Virus record (IMG/VR): IMGVR_UViG_3300031784_000023
Span: 7,254-71,253 of that record
DNA: 64,000 bases
Origin: a virus
Strand: one strand, 5' to 3'
Both the position numbers and the translations under genes were made by a program. The notes under the pieces are model-generated. The model had not been told where the DNA came from. It ran no database searches and worked only from the letters and a program-made list of their open reading frames with translations. Shown in pieces: positions 47,540-55,314 of this stretch (the first letter of the stretch is position 1; each line of letters opens with the position of its first letter).

Positions 47540-47853
47540 ACACGAACCCTAAACACGAAGCCACCATCACCTTGGAGTTTGACTCCGACGAAACCTTCGA
47601 CGGGCTGCCTGAGCACACCATCGAATTCCGCATCGACTTCGCGGACATGACCGCCCACGGTTGGTTCTCCTTGTTCGAGAAAATCATGGGCGTCCAGGGT
47701 TTTTCCGAACTTAACATCATGCGCGGCGCCACTAACCTGGCTTTCCGCGAAGGACGCTCGACTGAAGACATGCGCAAGGTCGCTGAGGAATACGACCTTA
47801 AACTGATCGAAGACCTGGACAAATCAGATGACGACACAGAAGCACCTATTTGA
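47536..47853 (+). CDS. Acidic hypothetical protein
   Basis: ATGA-coupled ORF. Confidence 0.65.
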   Translation: MNTNPKHEATITLEFDSDETFDGLPEHTIEFRIDFADMTAHGWFSLFEKIMGVQGFSELNIMRGATNLAFREGRSTEDMRKVAEEYDLKLIEDLDKSDDDTEAPI

Positions 47854-48067
47854 GCTGATTCGTGATGCAGAGGATCTGTACGGGTCCATCTGGCCTCAGA
47901 AAATCGGTCGAATACTCGCTGTGATCGCGGGAGAAATTGCCGTGTCGGGCGAGGATGAACACGGCGTGTACCAAAACACCGCAGAAGACACACGCTTGTG
48001 GCTTTTAGATGAAGCAAAAAAAGCTGAACAATTCTGGGGATACAGTGAAAACCCGCCAACAGACTAA
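47828..48067 (+). CDS. Hypothetical protein
   Basis: Resembles 51984-52169 (IL..IA.E...DT..WL..EA). Confidence 0.6.
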   Translation: MTTQKHLFELIRDAEDLYGSIWPQKIGRILAVIAGEIAVSGEDEHGVYQNTAEDTRLWLLDEAKKAEQFWGYSENPPTD

Positions 48068-48248
48068 AGCCACGCTGCCTCGTGACTACACTCGTTGTCA
48101 TGACGACTCGTGCGAACAACGACATCACTGCCTGCGTTGGTTAGACAAAGCTGTTGGCTTTAACGTTTCTAACGCAGCTACTTTAAAAACTTCAGATGAT
48201 CCTTGTCCGCACTTGATTAGTTCTACACACTACGAGGTTCAACAATGA
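48009..48248 (+). CDS. Small Cys-rich protein (start uncertain)
   Basis: DYTRC...C...CLR...CPH. Confidence 0.5.
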   Translation: MKQKKLNNSGDTVKTRQQTKATLPRDYTRCHDDSCEQRHHCLRWLDKAVGFNVSNAATLKTSDDPCPHLISSTHYEVQQ

Positions 48249-48562
48249 CACAACAACACCCCATCACCCCACCGCCGGAGCTGGTGCAGCAGTGGTGGGA
48301 CGACTTCAACGGTGCCTTCTACGAGTTTGAAGCAATCACCGCCACGGTCTTCCAGGCCGGCGCCGACCAGGAGCTAGAGGCGTGCTGTGAGTGGCTTAGT
48401 GTTCCTTGCCCCAGTTACGGACGTGAACTCCGCAATGCACGCCGGCCCAAGCCGTCGAGCTTGAAGGAACAGGCACTAGAGACGCTGAAATATCCAAAAG
48501 CTTTTTGGAGTGAAGCTGAGGTTGACACCATTCGTTTAGCACTGGAGCAGCTCAATGACTAA
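48245..48562 (+). CDS. Paralog family A, copy 1
   Basis: ITPP...GADQELEACCEW...RRPKP.SLKEQAL...ALEQL. Confidence 0.75.
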   Translation: MTQQHPITPPPELVQQWWDDFNGAFYEFEAITATVFQAGADQELEACCEWLSVPCPSYGRELRNARRPKPSSLKEQALETLKYPKAFWSEAEVDTIRLALEQLND

Positions 48563-48785
48563 ACTTTCGCCCGCCACGCAGGTAGTGCTGACTGCATACA
48601 ACCAAAGGGAATTGGCAACCAAGCGAACAACTGCTTTAGTCGCCGCCCTGCGAGCTGTTGCGAATGAGGTGGTGCCTCTCAGCTACGAGGACGTGTGGAC
48701 CGACGGAAGAATGCTTCAGTACGAAAAGCACGATCCTATCCGTGAAAGACTCCTTGCTATCGCTAACGAACTAGAGAACCAATGA
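48555..48785 (+). CDS. Paralog family B, copy 1
   Basis: LSPA...AALRAVA.EVVP...LLAIANELE. Confidence 0.7.
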   Translation: MTKLSPATQVVLTAYNQRELATKRTTALVAALRAVANEVVPLSYEDVWTDGRMLQYEKHDPIRERLLAIANELENQ

Positions 48786-49078
48786 CCGATCTCTCCCCCG
48801 CCGCAGATGCGGTACTGGATGCCTACATGGATAACTGCGGCTGGCTAGATGGCCCTCTGCAGAGGGATTATCAATGCGTTGCTGCCGTTCTGCGAACCGT
48901 TGCGGACCAGGTTACTCCTGAGGTTTACTTTGCGCACACAAGCAATGGTGACTGGGATCACGGCAAGGAAGCGAGAAACGATGAAGTCCGTGAAGCAATT
49001 CTCGCCATTGCTAACGAGCTTGAATTTATTGACGAAGAAGATGCTCTCGTCATCGCTGTCGAAACTAAAATTCAGTAG
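48782..49078 (+). CDS. Paralog family B, copy 2
   Basis: Same scaffold as copy 1. Confidence 0.7.
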   Translation: MTDLSPAADAVLDAYMDNCGWLDGPLQRDYQCVAAVLRTVADQVTPEVYFAHTSNGDWDHGKEARNDEVREAILAIANELEFIDEEDALVIAVETKIQ

Positions 49079-49097
49079 TCATTACCACTAATTACCC

Positions 49098-49442
49098 ATG
49101 ACACAACAACATCCCATCACCCCACCGTCAGAAGTTATTGGCGAGTGGTGGAATGCGTGGGTCACACTGGACAAATCAGAGCGACCACGGCTTGAAGATT
49201 TCATAGCGGTCAAAGCTGCCCAATACGGCGCCGACCAGGAGCTGGAGGCGTGCTGTGTGTGGGTGAACTCCGTTGATGACGACGATTGTTTTGGTGCAAA
49301 CCTCCGCGCCGCCCGCCGGCCCAAGCCGCCGAGCTTGAAAGAGCAGGCGCTTGAAATGCTTGGGAACGCTTGGGAAGGTGGGCACATCAACAACAACGCC
49401 GCCCAGACCATCCGCCGCGCACTGGAGCAACTCCATGACTGA
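49098..49442 (+). CDS. Paralog family A, copy 2
   Basis: Same scaffold as copy 1. Confidence 0.75.
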   Translation: MTQQHPITPPSEVIGEWWNAWVTLDKSERPRLEDFIAVKAAQYGADQELEACCVWVNSVDDDDCFGANLRAARRPKPPSLKEQALEMLGNAWEGGHINNNAAQTIRRALEQLHD

Positions 49443-49926
49443 TTACAAAGCAACGTCTGATCAATGGAATCAAGTTCAGAAATGCGCCGATGTAGTTGGC
49501 AGCTCTGATTGCTCTGCAATTCTTGAACTCCGCGCCAGGATTGAAACACTAGAGAATGCTGCTCACAAACACATCGTTGAAACCAGCGCCAACATTTTGG
49601 CTTTGGCAAGCCGAGTCGAGTCATTGGAAGCTGCTGAACGCCAAGCCTCAAAGGTTTACGAAATCAGTAAACCGCTAAAACTCACAGCAAAACAACAGGA
49701 GGAGTTGAACGCATTGCTACGACCTAGCTCCAAGCCATCTCCTAATTCCTCCCAAATTGGGAGTTCGCTGGTAGAACGGGTCGAAGGCGCTCTAATGGAA
49801 AGCATCAAGGAACAAGGTTCCATGGCCCGCGCCGCAATCCGCGAGGTGGCATCGTGGATGACCAGCAATCCCGATGTTTACTTTCCGCCAGCACTTGTTT
49901 TTGCTTTTGAACAGGAGATTGAGTAA
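49435..49926 (+). CDS. Coiled-coil hypothetical protein
   Basis: MTDYKAT...ILELRARIETLE...SLVERV...ARAAIREVA. Confidence 0.65.
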   Translation: MTDYKATSDQWNQVQKCADVVGSSDCSAILELRARIETLENAAHKHIVETSANILALASRVESLEAAERQASKVYEISKPLKLTAKQQEELNALLRPSSKPSPNSSQIGSSLVERVEGALMESIKEQGSMARAAIREVASWMTSNPDVYFPPALVFAFEQEIE

Positions 49927-50108
49927 TGACTGACTACAAGTTTGTGCCACTTAACAACCTTGAGAACCGCCTTGGCAATGCTCTTGGTCTAGCTATTGCC
50001 ATGATTCGTAAACCAGAAACTGTTGACAACAAAACTATGGCTCAAATTGAAGCGCCATTCAAAGAATGGTGCGATATTCTTGTTGACGGAGGATTGCTTA
50101 ATGACTGA
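49926..50108 (+). CDS. Hypothetical protein
   Basis: TAATG-coupled ORF. Confidence 0.6.
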   Translation: MTDYKFVPLNNLENRLGNALGLAIAMIRKPETVDNKTMAQIEAPFKEWCDILVDGGLLND

Positions 50109-50439
50109 CTCTATTACCCCACCTCGTGAACTCATGGAGCAATGGGCTTCTGAAAAGAGTTATGACGAACGCGATTGGCTTTATGAATTTCATATTGCAA
50201 CACGCGCCGCCCAATGGGGTGCTGATCGGGAGTTGGAGGCGTGCTGTGAGTGGCTGCACTGGCAAAATCTAGCGACACACCCGGAGCTAATCCCATCACT
50301 CCGCGCCGCTCGCCGCCCCAAACCGTCAAGCTTGAAGGAACAGGCGCTGCTGGCGATTGACACCGCTGTTGCCGATGATCGCTTGTCAGCAGATGTCGCC
50401 ACCATCGTCCGCCGCGCCCTGGAGCAACTCGATGACTGA
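50101..50439 (+). CDS. Paralog family A, copy 3
   Basis: Same scaffold; GGAGG RBS. Confidence 0.75.
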   Translation: MTDSITPPRELMEQWASEKSYDERDWLYEFHIATRAAQWGADRELEACCEWLHWQNLATHPELIPSLRAARRPKPSSLKEQALLAIDTAVADDRLSADVATIVRRALEQLDD

Positions 50440-50665
50440 CCTATCACCCGCCGCGCAGGCGGTGCTGGATGCCGTTGAAGACGACTGCATACACCCCACA
50501 GACTTGCACCATATTGCCGCCGCCGCCCTGCGAGCTGCTGCGGATCAGGTGGTGCCAGAAATGGTCAACGCTGTTGGCGACGAACACGACAACGCCCGCC
50601 GTGAGCAGTGGATTCGCATTCGGCGCAAATTCCTCGCCATTGCTGTCGAGCTTGAAGCCCAGTAG
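50432..50665 (+). CDS. Paralog family B, copy 3
   Basis: Same scaffold as copy 1. Confidence 0.7.
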   Translation: MTDLSPAAQAVLDAVEDDCIHPTDLHHIAAAALRAAADQVVPEMVNAVGDEHDNARREQWIRIRRKFLAIAVELEAQ

Positions 50666-50689
50666 TCGCTTCCTCTACAATACTTTGCA

Positions 50690-50917
50690 ATGAAAGGACC
50701 AAGCCAACATCCTGAGTTTCAAGATCTTTTGACTTGCGATGGCTGTGATTACATTGTGACATGCGATGGCCATTACAACTATTGCCGCGCACTTCCTGAC
50801 ACATCTCCTGCGCTACGTCCCGGTTGCGGAACGCATTTGCACTGGGGGAGAAACCCTATTAATCCAAAGGGTGAAGTAGTTTGCCCCATTCTCGTAGAAA
50901 CACGCCAGCCCTTGTAG
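50690..50917 (+). CDS. Small Cys-rich protein
   Basis: ORF track. Confidence 0.5.
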   Translation: MKGPSQHPEFQDLLTCDGCDYIVTCDGHYNYCRALPDTSPALRPGCGTHLHWGRNPINPKGEVVCPILVETRQPL

Positions 50918-51090
50918 TCACCTTCACTCGTATGCTTGACGACATAACTCCTGAGGAAAACGAGCGACGCTTTAAAGAGTGCATGGAGTGGATCCACGAC
51001 TTAACCCGCGAAAAGCTGGTAAAAGTGATGGGCGAAGAATGACTTGAAGACTATCGCCGCCAATTCCCTTAATCAGACCCACTAAACACT

Positions 51091-51246
51091 ATGACTGACG
51101 AACAAATCGACACACTCCGAACACTCATCCAAGGCGAAATCGAAGCTGCTCGTCAAAACGAGAACGGCTACCGATTTGCGTTCGAACAGGAGCAAGCAAA
51201 CGATCAAGGTTGGGAGACCCTCAAACAGTTATTTAAGTCCCACTAG
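51091..51246 (+). CDS. Hypothetical protein (51 aa, below ORF-track cutoff)
   Basis: Manual translation MTDEQIDTLRTLIQGEIE... Confidence 0.55.
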   Translation: MTDEQIDTLRTLIQGEIEAARQNENGYRFAFEQEQANDQGWETLKQLFKSH

Positions 51247-51258
51247 CTACATCTACTA

Positions 51259-51486
51259 ATGAAACTCCTAAGCGAAAATCTTGATTTTAATAGCTACCCG
51301 GATGCTCTCTGGGAATTAGGCTCACAATTCATCGTCTCCCGTGGCTACGAACAAGAAATAGACATCGACTCCCTGATGGTACTTCTGTGGAAAATGCAGC
51401 AACGCATCGAAAAGCTGGAATCCCTGACCACGCCTGAATTCTGCGGCGAAACTTGCGACAAAACCTCTACACTCACAAACGAATGA
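51259..51486 (+). CDS. Hypothetical protein
   Basis: ORF track. Confidence 0.6.
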   Translation: MKLLSENLDFNSYPDALWELGSQFIVSRGYEQEIDIDSLMVLLWKMQQRIEKLESLTTPEFCGETCDKTSTLTNE

Positions 51487-51493
51487 GGTTGTT

Positions 51494-51748
51494 ATGACCG
51501 ACCTTGAACTGATCGAAGCGGCAAATAAAGCCGGTCTATGCGTGGCACAGTGCTGGGACTTAGACGAACTCTATAATCTCGATGCAGTAGAAAACACAGA
51601 GGACTGGATTCGCGATTCGCAAACAGCGAATGAACGCGACGAAAAGCAACGCGTGGCAAATCACATCCGCTTACGCGCCCAAGAAAAAATGAACAACCTG
51701 CGTGAGTTTGCCGAACTAATCCTGGCTGCGGAGCGAATTCGAAAATGA
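51494..51748 (+). CDS. Hypothetical protein
   Basis: GAGGT RBS. Confidence 0.6.
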   Translation: MTDLELIEAANKAGLCVAQCWDLDELYNLDAVENTEDWIRDSQTANERDEKQRVANHIRLRAQEKMNNLREFAELILAAERIRK

Positions 51749-51987
51749 CCACGCTGCGCCAACTACTGCAAGAACTCGTGGAGGAGGTCGATAAAACGCC
51801 CCCTCCTTTAGCTCTTGGATGTTTAGCCGATCGTTGCCGCGATTACCTGGACGATCACCCAGAACGTCAACCAACAGAAGAAGAACTGCACGCCCTGTGG
51901 GACGAGATATGGTCCGACCCAAACAGGATGCGTTACATGCACATAATATACGCTCAACAAATTTTAGAAAAATGGGGCAATAGATGA
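51745..51987 (+). CDS. Hypothetical protein
   Basis: ATGA-coupled ORF. Confidence 0.6.
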   Translation: MTTLRQLLQELVEEVDKTPPPLALGCLADRCRDYLDDHPERQPTEEELHALWDEIWSDPNRMRYMHIIYAQQILEKWGNR

Positions 51988-52169
51988 GCCTAGTACACAA
52001 ATTACAAATTAATCCTGAACTGTATCCTTTATGTCTTACAAACGCCCAACTAAAGACTATCTTGGAGTTAATTGCCAACGAAGTCGAAGAACGTGGCGAT
52101 AAACACCTAGACCTAGATCCAGGTGAAACATCAGATTGGTTACGCCAAGAAGCCGCATCTATCGACTAG
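51984..52169 (+). CDS. Hypothetical protein
   Basis: ATGA-coupled ORF. Confidence 0.6.
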   Translation: MSLVHKLQINPELYPLCLTNAQLKTILELIANEVEERGDKHLDLDPGETSDWLRQEAASID

Positions 52170-52342
52170 CGCAATCCAACAGCGTTTTTCTGAGGTGCCG
52201 TCATCGACGACCAAACTCGCCAGAACTGGCTCAAAGTAAAAACGGCTCTAGAAGCCGCCGGTAAGACTGAGTCACACTTTTACAAACGTGCAGTTGCTGT
52301 CTCAAAAGGACAAGAAGACCCTGGTTTTGAAAAATACACTGC

Positions 52343-52531
52343 TCAGTTGTTCCAATGACGTACTACACCGGCGCAAATAAATAGATTTGTCAGAAAGTAA
52401 CTCAAAAAAATGCCCGTGCGAACCCACGCAACGGCATCGGATTCTTTATCGCACTCCGAAGCCCTCTCCCCAAGGGCTTTAAACCACAAACGCCTCCAGC
52501 GAGGACGAGTTTTAGACCGCATTTGCCGCAT
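52343..52531 (-). CDS. Small membrane protein
   Basis: LW.KALGE.A...D.VA.VRT...TN.FI.AGV.RHW. Confidence 0.6.
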   Translation of the reverse strand: MRQMRSKTRPRWRRLWFKALGERASECDKESDAVAWVRTGIFLSYFLTNLFICAGVVRHWNN

Positions 52532-52682
52532 CAGAAGCCCATTTTTTCTTGCAAAACTCCGAAAAGAGCGTTTTGCACTCTTCGTTAGTCACTCCGAGAT
52601 AAACGGCAGCCTTCGGCACGTTCCATTTAGCGGTATAAAGCCGCTCAAACGGATCGATTTCATTTGATTTGGAGTTCTCCAT
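52512..52682 (-). CDS. Small HTH-like protein (56 aa, below ORF-track cutoff)
   Basis: Manual translation ...LYTAKWNVPKAAVYLGVTNEECKTLFSEF. Confidence 0.5.
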   Translation of the reverse strand: MENSKSNEIDPFERLYTAKWNVPKAAVYLGVTNEECKTLFSEFCKKKWASDAANAV

Positions 52683-52863
52683 TGGAATCCCAGCTCATAT
52701 AAACAGTCATACGCTGTCGATCCGCGTCAGAACGGAACTTTTCCACAGTGGTAGGACTGCCCTTACCGCTTAATTTGATCAGCTTAGCGAGCTCGTCTAC
52801 GATGGGCACGCCGCTGAGAACGTCGAGTTCAGTAGGCACAGTCGGGGCTCCCAGCTGCCCCAA
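52660..52863 (-). CDS. Hypothetical protein
   Basis: ORF track. Confidence 0.45.
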   Translation of the reverse strand: MGQLGAPTVPTELDVLSGVPIVDELAKLIKLSGKGSPTTVEKFRSDADRQRMTVYMSWDSNGELQIK

Positions 52864-52916
52864 TTTAAATCTTTAATCGCACAAAAATATGCGATCCCAA
52901 ATAATTTAAGGAGAAC

Positions 52917-53459
52917 TTAGGCTCCCCGCAGCAAGTAATTTAAGAGGGGACTATCGTAAGACGACTGAGGAGCACCAAGCGCAGGACGTTGCTGCATTTT
53001 CTCTCGCATCAGTTGCTGATACGCTTCTTGCGACATTGGTAGGCGCGGATCCTCCCCGACAGGAATGCCGCCCTGCGCAATCATGTCGCCGCCTCCCATT
53101 TCAGCTTTACGAACACCAGACAGAGAAGGGCCAGGTAAATACATCTGACGAATATCGTCAGCAAAATCGGGGTTGGCTTCAATCAGCCGCTGAACATCCG
53201 TGGGAGATAGGCCCTTGCGCGAACGACGAGCGTCACCCCGCTCGGAGTTGATATCGAAACTAGGAGATCCGGCAATAAGCTCGGCCACAGCGAGCTCCAT
53301 AAAATTCCTGGGGTCGGTGGCAGGCAGATTCAGCTGCGGGGCGACTGAGCGCCAGGCGCTGGGGTCGTCAGGCATACCGACCATAGGGCGAGAACTTTTC
53401 GGTCGAGAATAAACGTTACCACCTGCGGTGACCGTGTACTCATTCGGGTCTTGATTCAC
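52917..53459 (-). CDS. Hypothetical protein
   Basis: ORF track; TAAACT 23 nt upstream. Confidence 0.6.
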   Translation of the reverse strand: MNQDPNEYTVTAGGNVYSRPKSSRPMVGMPDDPSAWRSVAPQLNLPATDPRNFMELAVAELIAGSPSFDINSERGDARRSRKGLSPTDVQRLIEANPDFADDIRQMYLPGPSLSGVRKAEMGGGDMIAQGGIPVGEDPRLPMSQEAYQQLMREKMQQRPALGAPQSSYDSPLLNYLLRGA

Positions 53460-53511
53460 AACCGGCTAAAACTCTTTAAACAGTTTAAATCAAAACACCG
53501 CAAGACTTCAA

Positions 53512-54738
53512 TTACCGCTGTTCAATCCAAGTGAAAGTTGCAATAGCAGATTTGTTGCCGGTGCTCGCAGCAGCAGCAAGTGTTATTGTGTCACTAACTG
53601 TGCCCATAGATGACCTACCTAATTGATAAACGGTATCTTTGTCGACGCGTACACCAGTACCTCCGCCGCCGGCAATGACGAATCCGGAATCGATAATACT
53701 TCCTCCGGTTAAAGCACCTGTCGCATTAGTGCTGTACTGTGTAAAAGAATTTGTATCTGGCATATCCTGCCACGTCCCGTTAAGAGTAGCATTGCGTACA
53801 ACTTTATAAAAAATGTTCGTATTATCCGAAGTGGCAACCTGAAAGAAAGTAGGAAGAACTACTCCTTGCAGTGCTGTACTTTTTAATCTAATAGATAGAA
53901 TAGGATAATATACATTTGCATCAGTTAACGTAGTACCGGTAATAGGAGACTGTACGCTCTCGGCAATACCCAATTTTTGACTACTATCGCCGTCTAAAGA
54001 AACAGAATTAGAACCTTGAAAGAGTGAAGTTGAACCACTCTGACCACCGGTTAAATTTTTAATTTCGACACGGATAGGAAGGAAGGGGGTGCGGCACCAT
54101 ACTGTTTTTAAAATGTTTGCGTTGTATACAGTGTGGATGATAATAAGCTGATCGTTTATCACCCACCCAAATTTAATCGCCCCAGACCCGTACCATTCAT
54201 ATTGAAAAACAACTAATTGTTGAGCGGTAGGATCTGCTGTGACCCCACTAGGCCCGGTGCCGTCTAATTTATCCCCGTTCCAATTTGCTCGGGGAATCCG
54301 TTGAAGTGTAGGCCCTCCTTCACCAGAAGAATTAATGACACAACAGTAATAATTGCCATCTCCGCCGTCTTCAAAATAAAACCCGTCAGACCCGTCAAAT
54401 AAACCAATTCGTCGCCGTATACCCGTAACAGGCAGACCAAAACGAACTGAAAAACTAATTACAGCAGAACGACCAGGAACATAGCGAACAACGTTACGAG
54501 TCTGACGAACAACCTCAGAATTTATTGTAGAAGTAACAGTCAAAACCACGCCGCTGTTATTTGCGTCGTGGGTTGCCGCGCCGCCGGTCGACGTTGATTC
54601 ATCCCAAACATCAGTCTCTTTTCCGTACTGAAACGTGTTGAAAAAGATGATGTCTTGGCCAACAGTCTTTAATTGGTCTTTGCTAGTCCAAGTGTCGCGA
54701 GATTGCTGAAAAAGATGAGACATTAGATTATTCTCCAA
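53512..54738 (-). CDS. Putative virion structural (lectin-like beta) protein
   Basis: RQT...YVPGRS...WNGDKLDGTGPSG...YEWYG.G. Confidence 0.65.
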   Translation of the reverse strand: MENNLMSHLFQQSRDTWTSKDQLKTVGQDIIFFNTFQYGKETDVWDESTSTGGAATHDANNSGVVLTVTSTINSEVVRQTRNVVRYVPGRSAVISFSVRFGLPVTGIRRRIGLFDGSDGFYFEDGGDGNYYCCVINSSGEGGPTLQRIPRANWNGDKLDGTGPSGVTADPTAQQLVVFQYEWYGSGAIKFGWVINDQLIIIHTVYNANILKTVWCRTPFLPIRVEIKNLTGGQSGSTSLFQGSNSVSLDGDSSQKLGIAESVQSPITGTTLTDANVYYPILSIRLKSTALQGVVLPTFFQVATSDNTNIFYKVVRNATLNGTWQDMPDTNSFTQYSTNATGALTGGSIIDSGFVIAGGGGTGVRVDKDTVYQLGRSSMGTVSDTITLAAAASTGNKSAIATFTWIEQR

Positions 54739-55205
54739 CCGTCACGGTATATAAAGGTCAGAGACCCGTAGTCATAACTGAGTATAGCTTCAGCTTGACC
54801 ATCAATTTGAGCCGATCCGGAGATATGAATGTTTCTGTTTACACCGGTTCCAGCCGCACCGCTTTCATCTTTGACAATAACCACGCGGCCGGTGTCTGTT
54901 CCAGAAGGTAAAACAACTGTACAAACACCCGAGTAATTAACACCGATATAGTAATCAGTGCTATTTAAAGAATAAAAAGAATCAGTAACAGTTGTAGTTG
55001 CGTAATAAACAGGTAATTTGCTTAACGAATTTTGTATGCCGCTAAGAGTGATTGCTTTAGGTTGCGCAAGAGCCTGAACCTCATTTAAGTCAAGCACTAA
55101 GAAGATATCGTTTGCCGTTACTTCTCGCGTATCGTTTAAATTGACAAGATTTTGACTTAAGCGGTTAAACTCTAAAGCCGAGACTAAATTTTTACGAGTC
55201 GACAT
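54723..55205 (-). CDS. Tail-fibre-domain protein
   Basis: DYYIGVN...VLP...IVKDESG...IDG. Confidence 0.6.
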   Translation of the reverse strand: MSTRKNLVSALEFNRLSQNLVNLNDTREVTANDIFLVLDLNEVQALAQPKAITLSGIQNSLSKLPVYYATTTVTDSFYSLNSTDYYIGVNYSGVCTVVLPSGTDTGRVVIVKDESGAAGTGVNRNIHISGSAQIDGQAEAILSYDYGSLTFIYRDGWRII

Positions 55206-55314
55206 ACTTAATTCTCAGTGACAAATAAAAACCGACGTTTAAATAGTAAGTCAAACACCGGCAGTATTGTTCTCAAACAAACCGGTGCTCACTCAACTGA
55301 CAGACAGCTGTCCA

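Noticed and set aside
50932-51072. Genome-wide stop-codon reassignment
   Set aside because: TGA, TAG and TAA all terminate well-defined genes and long ORFs are intact under the standard code.
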